The notes beneath the pieces are model-generated. The model was not told the origin of the DNA. It saw only the letters and a program-made list of their open reading frames with translations, and ran no database searches. Source: Eledone cirrhosa (Eukaryota). Taken from it: DNA of 64,000 nucleotides. The position numbers and the translations under genes are program-made. Positions 49,670 to 62,660 of the stretch are shown in pieces. Each line of letters starts with the position of its first letter. Position 1 is the stretch's first letter. The stretch covers positions 101,618,001-101,682,000 of the forward strand of contig OZ024741.1 of NCBI GenBank assembly GCA_964016885.1. The letters run 5' to 3'.

Positions 49670-50055
49670 TATGTATTGAAATTTCGTATTTCTAAAGAAA
49701 TACGGTATGTTTATAGATAAACATTTAAAAAGCCGTAGCTATGCAAAACACCAGGGCTATCGCCCTCTGGTGGGTCAGCAGAAGCAAGGGAAACAATCAT
49801 CTCTGCATTTCAAACTTAACTGGTTCTCATCAGGACGATCCTTCCCACACTTGCGACTGTTGGACTTGAAAACAGGCGAGAATATATAGTTTTCTTCTCT
49901 GTGTAAATGAGGTGATTAATCTCATTTGCATATGAAGCTGCATAAGTTGACTCAACTTATAATAGAATAGAATTAGGATTTCACTTCATGCATAGCTGTA
50001 TTCAGATATGTGTAAACATACTTTATTTCTAAAGAAATATAGTATGTTTATACAC
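49670..50055 (-). mobile_element. Second copy of the hammerhead-bearing terminally redundant unit (period 337 bp)
   Basis: Colinear with 43213-43631; atttctaaagaaat at 49688 and 50025; minus-strand gatcgtc-CTGATGA-gaac(cagttaa)gttt-GAA-AtgcaGA-gatgatt at 49795-49840. Confidence 0.7.
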
Positions 50056-50159
50056 ACATATATGACACACAGGCACATATATATATATAACACACACACG
50101 TCTCTAATTTAAGAATGCTGACAAACTCACGCGCGTGCACATACACACTATTCTATTAC

Positions 50160-50600
50160 CACTGAAGAGCTTTGGCCCAGGCAAATATCCCCTCAATTTT
50201 TAAACCGTCTGGGTTGTCCAGAATTGATGGGAAAAGACCTGATGGTCTTACCCTGTGTTCCTGGTCAAGAGGCAGATGCCTTGTCTGGGACATCACAGTT
50301 AGTGACTCTTTTGCTTCTTCCCACATGGATGCAGCAGTAAGGGCGAGAGCCACAGCATCCGCAGCTGAACAGAACAAAATCCTAAAATACCATGTTCTGT
50401 TGGCTAACTTCATTTTCAAGCCTGTGGCGTTTGAGACGTTTGGGGAAGTCGGGCTACTGACTGCGTGGATTCACTGGCGGCTTGCCTAACAGAGGTAATT
50501 GGTGAAGCTTGTGAAGGAGAGGTTTCCCAGTGCTCACCGCGATATTGTTATCTTTTGCTCTGGTAGTAGCTCGTTTGTTCACCCCTTTCGCCTGCCTTTT
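50160..50600 (+). mobile_element. CRE-clade non-LTR retrotransposon 3' fragment (restriction-like endonuclease)
   Basis: PSGLSRIDGKRPDGLTLCSWSRGRCLVWDITVSDSFA...AEQNKILKY...PVAFETFG. Confidence 0.8.
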
Positions 50601-52358
50601 GTTGTATGTGGTCCTAGATATGTGTATTACCTGCTTGTGTGTTGTATGTGGTCCTAGATATGTGTATTACCTGCTTGTGTGTTGTATGTGGTCCTAGATG
50701 TGTGTATTACCTGCTTGTGTGTTGTATGTGGTCCTAGATGTGTGTATTACCTACTTGTGTGTTGTATGTGGTCCTAGATATGTGTATTACCTGCTTGTGT
50801 GTTGTATGTGGTCGTAGATGTGAGTATTACCTGCTTGTGTGTTGTATGTGGTCCTAGATGTATGTATTACCTGCTTGTGTGTTGTATGTGGTCCTATATG
50901 TGTGTATTACCTACTTGTGTGTTGTATGTGGTCCTATATGTGTGTATTACCTGCTTGTGTGTTGTATGTGGTCGTAGATGTGAGTATTACCTGCTTGTGT
51001 GTTGTATGTGGTCCTATATGTGTGTATTACCTACTTGTGTGTTGTATGTGGTCCTAGATGTATGTATTACCTGCTTGTGTGTTGTATGTGGTCCTAGATG
51101 TATGTATTACCTGCTTGTGTGTTGTATGTGGTCCTAGATGTGTGTATTACCTACTTGTGTGTTGTATGTGGTCCTATATGTGTGTATTACCTACTTGTGT
51201 GTTGTATGTGGTCCTAGATGTGTGTATTACCTGCTTGTGTGTTGTATGTGGTCCTAGATGTGTGTATTACCTGCTTGTGTGTTGTATGTGGTCCTAGATG
51301 TGTGTATTACCTACTTGTGTGTTGTATGTGGTCCTAGATGTGTGTATTACCTACTTGTGTGTTGTATGTGGTCCTAGATGTGTGTATTACCTGCTTGTGT
51401 GTTGTATGTGGTCCTAGATGTGTGTATTACCTACTTGTGTGTTGTATGTGGTCCTAGATGTGTGTATTACCTACTTGTGTGTTGTATGTGGTCCTAGATG
51501 TGTGTATTACCTACTTGTGTGTTGTATGTGGTCCTATATGTGTGTATTACCTACTTGTGTGTTGTATGTGGTCCTAGATGTGTGTATTACCTGCTTGTGT
51601 GTTGTATGTGGTCCTAGATGTGTGTATTACCTGCTTGTGTGTTGTATGTGGTCCTAGATGTGTGTATTACCTACTTGTGTGTTGTATGTGGTCCTAGATG
51701 TGTGTATTACCTACTTGTGTGTTGTATGTGGTCCTAGATGTGTGTATTACCTGCTTGTGTGTTGTATGTGGTCCTAGATGTGTGTATTACCTGCTTGTGT
51801 GTTGTATGTGGTCCTAGATGTGTGTATTACCTACTTGTGTGTTGTATGTGGTCCTAGATGTGTGTATTACCTACTTGTGTGTTGTATGTGGTCCTATATG
51901 TGTGTATTACCTACTTGTGTGTTGTATGTGGTCCTAGATGTGTGTATTACCTACTTGTGTGTTGTATGTGGTCCTAGATGTGTGTATTACCTGCTTGTGT
52001 GTTGTATGTGGTCCTAGATGTGTGTATTACCTACTTGTGTGTTGTATGTGGTCCTAGATGTGTGTATTACCTACTTGTGTGTTGTATGTGGTCCTAGATG
52101 TATGTATTACCTGCTTGTGTGTTGTATGTGGTCCTAGATGTGTGTATTACCTACTTGTGTGTTGTATGTGGTCCTAGATGTGTGTATTACCTGCTTGTGT
52201 GTTGTATGTGGTCCTAGATGTGTGTATTACCTACTTGTGTGTTGTATGTGGTCCTAGATGTGTGTATTACCTGCTTGTGTGTTGTATGTGGTCCTAGATG
52301 TGTGTATTACCTACTTGTGTGTTGTATGTGGTCCTATATGTGTGTATTACCTGCTTGT
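50601..52358. repeat. 40-bp tandem satellite, ~44 copies
   Basis: Unit gttgtatgtggtcctagatgtgtgtattacct(g/a)cttgtgt; no indels seen, few variable sites. Confidence 0.98.
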
Positions 52359-52450
52359 AATGAATGTATATGCACATACACACACACGTACACATACGCA
52401 CACATATACACATATGCACACACATACAGGTCAGCGCATTAAAAACATCC

Positions 52451-52487
<37 letters not shown>

Positions 52488-52585
52488 GTTGTTTTGAAAA
52501 TTAGCTTTGTTTACAAACAGCGGAAGTTCTATTTCACTATCTAGTTATATATATATATCTGTCACATAGTCACTTTGTATCTCTC

Positions 52586-52620
<35 letters not shown>

Positions 52621-52834
52621 ATGTAATAAACAACATAAGATAATTATTTCATTTACCAGTGGTTTCTTGAAAGCAAACAAATTTGCTTTCAGTCATCAGA
52701 ATGAAAAAATCCTGGTGTATTTATTGAAAGTGGATTTGCAAAACAAAAATATAATAAATATGAAAGTGAGGCTGGAGGAAGAAGAAGAAAAGGGGAAAAA
52801 GAATAATAAATATAAAGGTATATAAACACACACG

Positions 52835-52866
<32 letters not shown>

Positions 52867-52880
52867 CATATATATATCTC

Positions 52881-52915
<35 letters not shown>

Positions 52916-52954
52916 CCATACATACACATACACATAAATACATAAACACATGTA

Positions 52955-55900
52955 TCATCATCATCATCATCGTTTAACGTCCATCTTCCACGCTAGCATG
53001 GGTTTGGACGGGAATTTTCCCACTTGAGGCAAGATTGGTTGTCTTGCTCGTATAGGACTGTCTGGCGGGTTTTCTACGGCTGGATGCCCTTCCTAACACC
53101 TACCACGTTTACAGTGTGGACTGGGAGGTTTTTACCGTGTTACCTACATGGCCACATTACAGCGTGGACTGTGTGTTTTTTTTGTCGTGACACCTACACG
53201 ACCTCATTTGTATCGGATTGGATGTTGTGGTACCAACATAACATTACATTGGAAGGGGTGGTGTGGATGGGGTGGGGGTAGTGGGACGGGGGTGTATTTT
53301 TGTTAGAGGTGCCTACTGACTGTAGGTTTCGCTTTGTACTTAGGCAAGGCGGGTCTTCTGTATTACTGTGTAGCGCCAAAGATCTCGGTCCAGTGACATT
53401 GTCTTGGAGAGGTGTAAGTGTGTGAGGTCGGAATTTATCAAGTTATCCCAGGTTTTTCTGGGTCTGCCTACTCCGTGGCTACCGTCTATTTTTATCGCCC
53501 TGCACTTTTTTATACTGCTGTCGTCTTTCATGCGCATCACGTGACTGTACCAACGTAGTCTTCTCTCGAGTAAACAGCATCTGATCCCTCTTATTCCTAA
53601 TTTCTCCCTTAGTTTGTTTATGCTTTGCCGTTCACGTATATTGCTATTACACATCAAGCGGAGCATGCAAGCTTCGTTCCTCTCCAGTCTGCGTATATCC
53701 TCTGCACACAATGCACATGTCTCACTGCCATGCAACATTGCTGTTCGTATGCAGGCATCATACAGCCTGCCTTTCATTTTTAGAGAGAACCCTTTAGCGG
53801 CCAATAGTGGTATAAGCTCTCTGAACTTTTTCCATCCCGTTCTGACTCTAGCTATTGTACTTTCAGAGCACCCTCCACCACTGCTGAATTTGTCACCCAG
53901 GTAACGGAAGGTGTCCACTATTTCTATAGAACCATTTGTGCAATGGAATGAGCTAGTATTCAGTGGGCACTTTCTGCTACTTATTGCACTGGAGCACCGG
54001 CCACATATAAAATCTATATTCTTAGTTAGCTTACCTGTGATCCCACGACATCTTTTATGCACCCATACTTTGCATTTGGGACATAAAATGGAGTTTCTGC
54101 CTTCTCCTTTCCTACACACTGAGCATGGCCATTTCCCATATGGGACTGGTGCCCTATTTTCCTTCCTACAAACTAGAACTTTAGTCTTAGACAGGTTAAT
54201 TTTAAGGCCTTTTGATTCTAGGCCATGCTTCCATATTTGGAAGTTCGGCCATTGATTCAGATATGAGCGTTAGATCATCTGCGTATGGGAGTTCCCATGG
54301 GCAGCCGGTCTTGAACTCCTCTGTTATAGCCTGAAGGGCAATAATAAATAGGAGGGGGCTAAGGACGGTGCCCTGATGAACACCAACTTTTACGCTAAAC
54401 TCTTCACTATATTCGTTGTTAATTCTAACCTTGCTGACTGTTTCTTTATACATGGCTTGTATAGCTCTCACAAGCCATTCATCAACACCTAGTTTTCTAA
54501 AATCTCACCAGATAATGGAACGGGGGACTCTGTCAAAGGCTTTCCCCAAGTCAACAAAACCTAAGTATAGGGGTTTACTTTTAGCTAGGTACTTCTCCTG
54601 TAGTTGTCGTACAATGAAAAGAGTGTCTGTGGTACTTTTACCTGACACAAACCCAAACTGCATTTCATCTAGATCAATTCGCTCTCTGATTAGTTGCGCT
54701 ATTACTTTTTCTGTGACTTTCATGACCTGGTCGATTAATTTAATGCCTCTATAGTTACCCCTATCTAGGGCATCTCCCTTACCCTTGTAGCAGTTAATGA
54801 TGATGCTGCTACGCCAGTCCTTTGGAACGACCCCATTCTGTATGACTTGGTTTACTATCCGGGTGACCATAGTGTGTCCCACCGTTCCAGATGCTTTCAG
54901 CATTTCAGCAACTATTTCCGAAGGCCCAGCCGCCTTACTTGTCTTCATATCTTTGATTGCCTTACTGATTATACTACCTTCAACTAGCACTGCTGGTCCC
55001 TCTATTGGATCGATGTGGAGGAGACTATCTTTCTCCCAATTATTCTCCTCATTTAGTAGCCTTTTGTAGTGACACTTCCAAGCTACCTTCTTATTAGCGT
55101 CAGTGATGGCAAGTACACCATCATCATTAAGGACACACTTCTCGCCGACAATATCACTGTTTTCCTTGACACATTGCCTAGCAATCCTGAACACCTCACG
55201 TTTTTGGTCCTCGCGTTGTAGAACATCCTTGAACTTTCTTTCCTCTGCTTCCCTTCTTGCGAAGTACACTTGTCTCCTAGCTTCCCTCCTGGCCACTTGA
55301 TAGTCTTCTCTACTTCCCCACACTTTCCAAGCCTGCTTTTTGGCCTTAATTGACTCCTCCACCTTACTGTTCTACCACCACGTTACTCTCCTCCTGCCTA
55401 TAGGCCTGCTCCAGCCATAGACATCATCTGCCGCCTTCAGCAGGTTAGCTTTCAGGAATTCCCACTGTTCCTCTATATTGTACGACTCTAATTGCTCTTC
55501 CTTACTGTCAAAAGCATCAAGTAATATGCTTTTAAATTTATTACTGGCTGTGGGGTCCTTTAGCTTCCATATTTTTCTCCTGAGGATAGTCCTCCTCTGT
55601 TGTCGAGTACGTCTTGTCCTGACTATGAGGTTGCTGACTATGAGTCTATGTTGGGAGGTGCATTCTTCATGGGGGAGGGATTTAGTGTTTACAACAGACA
55701 CTCTATCATGTCTTCTGGTAAGGATATAATCTATCTGACTGGCGTATTCCTCTGATCTATAGGTGATCAAGTGATTGTCTCATTTTTTGAAGTTAGTGTT
55801 ACAGATAGTTAGGTTATTTGCATCACAGAATTGCAGGATTCTGGAGCCTTCCTCATTTCTAGTACCAAACCCATAGCCTCCATGGATTCCGTCATAGCCA

Positions 55901-56640
55901 TCACAATGTTGTCCAATGTGACCATTTAGGTCGCCAGCAATAATTATGTAGTCACTGTCGGTTATTTGGGAGGTAGTGAGCATCAATGTCTCATAGAATC
56001 TGTCTTTTATAACGCCAGGCAGTCCGGATTGGGGTGCGTACGCAGATATTACTGTCACAGTAGTTCTATTTAGGACAAGTCTTATTTTAATTATTCTGTC
56101 GTTCACTCTATTTACATCTATTATCTTATCTACCCATTTTTCTGCTAACATGATTCCTACCCCACCCAGCCCATCGTCATTTCCCACCCAGAAAAGCTTA
56201 TAGCATCGTTTTTTACCCACAATGAATCTAGCAGACCCGCCCCTCCAACTGGTCTCTTGGATACAGCAAACATCAACCTTCTTACGTTCAAGCATTTCTA
56301 CAACCTCGTTAGAGCGACCTTTTAAGGTGCCTACATTCATGGTACCAACTCTGAAGTTTTGGATTGCGTTTGGTGGGTGGGAACGGTGGGGCATGGGGAG
56401 GGGTGAGGGGGCTGGGGTTGGAGTTATGTTGGCCATCCGCGGCCGAAATAAAGAGGAGTCCTTGCCTTTTCGTCCGGCAGCATGAGGTGAATTTGTCTTT
56501 ATCTTTGGCATTGTCACTGAGTGTCCAGATTTTTCAGACTCTCCAGAAATCCCTAGTCCATCCATCATATCGAAAGGCAACCGGAAGAAGTGATAGCATA
56601 GGCTGCTGACTTATGATTGGCCGAAGTAATAATGGTGGCA
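52955..56640 (-). mobile_element. Near full-length RTE LINE (APE endonuclease and RT), inactivated by several frameshifts/stops
   Basis: ORF pieces 55780-56580 (GTMNVGTL, CIQET, SAYAPQ, GDLNGH), 55372-55770, 54505-55362, 54202-54471 (YADD), 53340-54119; (cat)n tail at 52955. Confidence 0.95.
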
Positions 56641-56675
56641 AGTGGGGGCGGGTGGGATAGGTATGGGGTAATTAG

Positions 56676-57775
56676 CGAGAAGGTTTAAATAAAATCCTCG
56701 AATTTTGGGCATAATTAGACAAGCAAATAACAGTAGTAAGTGAATAATATTTATAACAACCTGACAGAATTATAGAATAGCATTGAGATGGGGGGGGGGG
56801 GGGGGGGGTTAGTAAAGATTAGGAGGGGCAAGGAGGCCATTTTATAAATCATAGGATTTTCGGCCAAAATTAAACGAACGAGATTGTTATTTTAGAAAAA
56901 CAAACGAGAAGGTTTAAATAAAATCCTCGAATTTTGGGCATAATTGGACAAGCATATAACAGTAATAAGCAAATAATATTTAGAACAACCTGACAGAATT
57001 ATAGAATAGCATTGAGATGGACCGGGAAGGTGGAGAGAGAAGAAAAGAAAATGGCATTTTACATTACATTTCACAGGAGTGCGAGCAGTGTGACCATTAA
57101 TAGGATTTGACAAATTCTGAGATTCGTACCTCGTAACAGGTTTGTTTTATATTTGGTGAGAGAAGGGAGTGATTGAGAGAGGGGGGGGGGGACCAGCAGA
57201 GAGAATAGCATTAAGATGGGGGGGGGGATAGTAAAAATTAGGAGGGGCAAGGAGGCCATTTTATAAATTCTAGGATTTTCGGCCAAAATTAAACGAACGA
57301 GATTGTTATTTTAGAAAAACAAACGAGAAGGTTATAAAACATCAGAATTTTCGGCCAAAATTAAACGAACGAGATTGTTATTTTAGAAAAACAAACGAGA
57401 AGGTTATAAAACATCAGAATTTTCGGCCAAAATTAAACGAACAAGATTGTTATTTTAGAAAAACAAACGAGAAGGTTATAAAACATCAGAATTTTCGGCC
57501 AAAATTAAACAAACGAGATTGTTATTTTAGAAAAACAAATGATTAAAATCCTCGAAGTTTGGGCATAATTGGACAAGCAAATAACAGTAGTAAGTGAATA
57601 ATATTTAGAACAACCTGACAGAATTATAGAATAGCATTGAGATGGGGGGGGGGGGTTTAGTAAAGATTAGGAGGGGCAAGGAGGCCATTTTATAAATCCT
57701 AGGATTTTCGGCCAAAGTTAAGCGAACGAGATTGTTATTTTAGAAAAACAAACGAGAAGGTTATAAAACATCAGA
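56676..57775. repeat. Complex tandem repeat: ~228-bp monomers plus an internal run of 72-bp sub-units
   Basis: cgagaaggtttaaataaaatcctcgaattttgggcataatt at 56677 and 56905; ttttcggccaaaatt recurs at exactly 72-bp spacing from 57276 to ~57540. Confidence 0.9.
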
Positions 57776-57879
57776 TATATATATATATACATATATATAC
57801 ATATACACACATATATATATATACACATACACACACACACATACATACACACATATACACACATACATACGCACACACA

Positions 57880-58312
57880 TATATAGATATATATACCTAC
57901 ATACGCACACACACATATCATTATAAGAATAAATAAAAATCAATGAACAAACATACTGAATTAGGCAGTCACATACAAATAAAAATATAAAAATAAAAAA
58001 TAAGACTTAAGGAAATAAAAATTATTATTGAGTTGACAGCGATACAGAAGAGGAGAAAAGCACAAATAAAATAAAAAATAAATAAAGAAACACACGGGGT
58101 AAGCAAATGCACAAGATAAAATAAATAAATAAATATATATATATATACGTGGGAAAGTAAAAAATCGGAGAATAGACCGTTAAAACATGTTTATTTAAAA
58201 CAGCACCTACGTACGTTTTGCCCAGTTGGGCTTCTCAAGGGCATAAATAATCACAAGTGTTCCTTATATTGCTCGGAAAGAGTTTTTGGGGTTAAATCCA
58301 CATATATATATA

Positions 58313-58349
<37 letters not shown>

Positions 58350-58790
58350 CTATACATGCATACACATACATATATACACATACACAGAAAAATACACACA
58401 CATAAATATATACAGTACAAACATATACACAGAAAAGTGTATACATACAAATACATATACCCGCACACATAAATACATACATTTATATATATACATATAC
58501 ATATATATATATATATATACACACATACACACATACATATACATACACACACACATATATATAAAAATAATACACACATATACACACACATACAATTCAT
58601 TCATACACATTGATACGCATGCATATACTCACAATCACACGAATAAGACCATATATATATAAATGTAGGTGAATATATATCGAAAAACATATAAATACAT
58701 TCACGTACACGTATGCATGAGAAAAAAACCATACAACCACATACACACATATATATAAAAACCTATATATATAAAGATATACATACACAC
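57880..58790 (+). repeat. Arm of long inverted repeat (partner ~63065-63790)
   Basis: catactgaattaggcagtcacatacaaata...gatacagaagaggagaaaagcacaaata is the reverse complement of 63620-63740; homology continues through the CA/TA-rich part. Confidence 0.85.
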
Positions 58791-58819
58791 ATACGCATAA
58801 GTACGTACACATACATACG

Positions 58820-58871
<52 letters not shown>

Positions 58872-58884
58872 TATACACACACAC

Positions 58885-58917
<33 letters not shown>

Positions 58918-58963
58918 TACACACACATATATATACACACATATACACACACACATATATATA

Positions 58964-59032
<69 letters not shown>

Positions 59033-59040
<8 letters not shown>

Positions 59041-59540
59041 GACGTAAAATAAGAAAATTATAAAAATTAACTTACTAATATATACTATCTGTATATATAT
59101 GTTGGTAGATATACTAATTCTTTATAATTATCTCCAAATTATTTTGTTGAGCAAAAATTTGCCAAAACTGCTATTATAGTTCATTGTAATTGCCTGGCTA
59201 CTGTCTTTTTAACACCCCACTCCTCACTGATTAACCTCAATGTCACGTGATTGATTCTTTTGAATTTGCCACCGACCAAATAGGCAGTGATTTTTTTCAA
59301 TGTCTTGGAATTTAGTCCATGCTTGCTTTTTTCCATCCACTGAATTATTTTTGTATAAGTTCCCTGTGTCCACGCATTGCCTGGGATCTTAGCTGAGAAT
59401 GACTTCCTGATGACGAATTGGTTTCTCCATGCTTTCCATTAGGAAACCATGTTTATTTCCTTTCAGAAATTAATTAGTTGGAGTGAAATTTTAGTAAGTA
59501 AGTTAATTTTTAAAATTTTCTTATTTTACGTCTTTCATAT
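59033..59540. mobile_element. Small element with ~45-bp terminal inverted repeats beside (TA)n
   Basis: atatgaaagacgtaaaataagaaaatt...aattaacttact / agtaagttaatt...aattttcttattttacgtctttcatat; internal CTGATGA at 59407. Confidence 0.65.
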
Positions 59541-59649
59541 AATTGTTCTGCATCCCCTTGCATTGAACCACAAAGTTACTAAGACAAAACCTATATATTT
59601 GCTAGCATAGGTATGCATCTGTATATATATGTTGGTAGATATACTAATT

Positions 59650-59756
<107 letters not shown>

Positions 59757-59761
59757 AATAA

Positions 59762-59794
<33 letters not shown>

Positions 59795-59801
59795 TATATA
59801 T

Positions 59802-59886
<85 letters not shown>

Positions 59887-60007
59887 GGAGGTGAGTTTTA
59901 TTGTAGCACAATAAAGCAATGCAAATATCGGATAAGTAGCACTCCACAGTTTATAGGACTGGAGTATAAATAATATAAGATCGAAAGATGGTTAAAAGAG
60001 TTCCATG

Positions 60008-60078
60008 TATTTTATTATGCGCATTTCAAAAACAAATATCGTCATGGGATGATATTTGCGTTCTCATCAGATAAAATA
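60008..60078 (-). ncRNA. Type I hammerhead ribozyme motif (mirror of 60742-60812)
   Basis: Reverse complement gives tattttat-CTGATGA-stem II-GAA-AtgcgcaTA-ataaaa. Confidence 0.7.
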
Positions 60079-60452
60079 GGGAGACATGATATGAAGCTTA
60101 AAAAACACTATTTTTTACTTTTACATATTACAATACATAAAAACAAACTTAGACCCTAAATAATTCCTCTAAGTTCATAATTCATTTAATCTCTCCTTCA
60201 TTCACCTTATATCCTTAATATTTTAATTTTAATAATACATATTAATACATTTTTTTCCGCTTATATTATTAAACCCTTCAATATATAAACCTTAAATAAA
60301 TACTATTCTTAATTCCTTTTTCTTTAATCATAAACATCACCATTCATAAACCTCATTAACTTTTAATTTCAAAATCTTTTTAAATTATCTATTATCTTAC
60401 AACGTTTTTTTTAATTTCTCTCTGTGAGACCGTGTTTTCTCAGTTTTAAAGG

Positions 60453-60553
<101 letters not shown>

Positions 60554-60741
60554 TATTTCTCCTCCTCTCTCATCCTTCCTTCTTATACTCCTCCCCCGTC
60601 ATCCTTTATTTTCTTTCTTCCTCTTCCTTACCCCCCTCCTTTCTTTTCCCAATCTCATATATCCATCTTACTTTATTTTTCATATGTTGATTTAACACTT
60701 CACTGCTCGCAAGTGTTTTTAAGCTTCATATCATGTCTCCC

Positions 60742-60812
60742 TATTTTATCTGATGAGAACGCAAATATCATCCCATGATGATATTTGTTTTTGAAATGCG
60801 CATAATAAAATA
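60742..60812 (+). ncRNA. Type I hammerhead ribozyme motif
   Basis: tattttat-CTGATGA-gaacgcaaatatcatc(ccat)gatgatatttgttttt-GAA-Atgcgca-TA-ataaaata: perfect 8-bp stem I, long stem II, palindromic stem III ATGCGCAT, AUA triplet at 60802-60804. Confidence 0.75.
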
Positions 60813-60853
60813 CATGAAACTCTTTTAACCATCTTTTGATCTTATATTATATA

Positions 60854-60899
<46 letters not shown>

Positions 60900-61207
60900 A
60901 AGGTGGAAGGGGTATTCAAATAGTTGGGAATATGACAATAATAAATAAAGGTATAAATGTTTATAGTTGATTTAGAGTACTCAACAAGTTCCTGGAGCAA
61001 ATAATCAATGAAAATAAACATTAAATAACTCTGTATGTAATTATGCATATACATACACATATATACATACACACATGCACACAACCATATACATACAAAT
61101 ATATACATATATATATATATACATATATACATATATATATATACACACTTATATACACACACATATATACAAAAAGTTACATCACCACATAAATAAAAAT
61201 ACACACA

Positions 61208-62357
61208 TACACAAAGTATGGGTACATAAAAGATGTAGTGGGATCACAGGTAAACTATCTAAGAACGTAGACTTTATATGTGGCCGATGCTCAGGTGCAA
61301 TAGGTAGCAAGTGTTCACAGGATACTAGCCCCTTCTATTGCCCAGATGGTTCTATAGAAATAGTAGACACTTTCCGTTACCTGGGTGATGAAATCAGCAG
61401 TGGTGGAGGGTGTTCTGAAAGTACAGTAGCCAGAGTCAGAACGGGATGGAAAAAGTTCAGAGAGCTTATACCGCTGTTGGCCACAAAAGGTTTCTCTCTA
61501 AAAAGGAAAGGCAGATTGTATGATGCTTGTATACGAACAGCAATGCTACATGGCAGTGAGACATGGGCATTGCGTGCAGAGGACCTGCGTAGACTGGAAA
61601 GGAACGAAGCATGCATGCTCTGTTGGATGTGTAATAGTAATATACGTGAACGGCAAAGGATAAATGAACTAAGTGAGAAATTAGGAATAAGAGGGATCAG
61701 ATGCTGTTTACTCGAGAGAAGACTATGTTGGTATGGCTACGTGATGTGCATGAAAGACGACAGCTGTATAAAAGAGTGCATCAAAATTGATGGTAGTTAC
61801 GGAGTAGGTAGACCCAGAAAAACCTGGACGATCTGATAAAATTCCGACCTTACACACTTGCACCTCTCTAAGACAATGTCACTGGACCGAGATCTTTGGT
61901 GCTAAGCAGTAATACAGAAGACCCGCCTTGCCTATGTACAAAGCGAAACCTACAGTCAGTAGGCACCTCTTAACAAATATACACCCCAATCCATTACCCT
62001 ACACTATCCTCCCACTCCCACCAACACCACCCCTTCTCTATAAATTTGGTACCACAACATCCAGTCCAAATAATGAGATAAATGAGATCGAGATTGAGAT
62101 CGTGTAGGTGTCACGAGAAAAAAACACACAGTCCACGCTGTAATGTGGCCGTGTAGGTAACACGGTAAAAATTTCCCAGTTCCACACTGTAAATGTGGTT
62201 GGCGTTAGGAAGGGCATCCAGTCGTAGAAAATCTGCCAGATAGTCCTATATGAGTGAGACACGGTCACCCGACCAACCTTGCCTCAAGTGGGACAACTCC
62301 CATCTAACCCATGCTAGCGTAGAAAGTGGACGTTAAACGAGAATGATGATGATGATG
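61208..62357 (+). mobile_element. 5'-truncated RTE LINE (same subfamily as 21884-24840 and 52955-56640)
   Basis: KVWVHKRCSGITGKL...GVGRPRKTW, matching 3' UTR and (gat)n tail. Confidence 0.93.
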
Positions 62358-62660
62358 ACATACAAACACACACACACACACATATATATACATATATATA
62401 CACATGCATATATATAATTATATACATATATATAATACATATATACACATATACACAAATACATACATACACACACAAATAAATAGCAGTGGGTATGTAA
62501 AGGGTAAGGTAGAAAGTAGGGGGAATAAGAAAATAAATAACATAGGAAAAAGTTTAAATATAAGAGGAGATAAGGGAGAAAAAGAATATAAGGGTACAGA
62601 AAGTGAGTTCAGAGAATAATAAAAATCGTAGTGGATGTAAGGCGTAAAGGGCAAAGAAGT

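Noticed and set aside
50601-52358. Possible CRISPR array or Cys-rich repeat protein
   Set aside because: Head-to-tail 40-bp units with no unique spacers and no cas genes in a eukaryotic context; unit length is not a multiple of 3 and stops recur.
52955-56640. Active autonomous RTE
   Set aside because: Coding region is broken into at least five pieces by frameshifts/stops; it could only be intact if these were sequencing errors.
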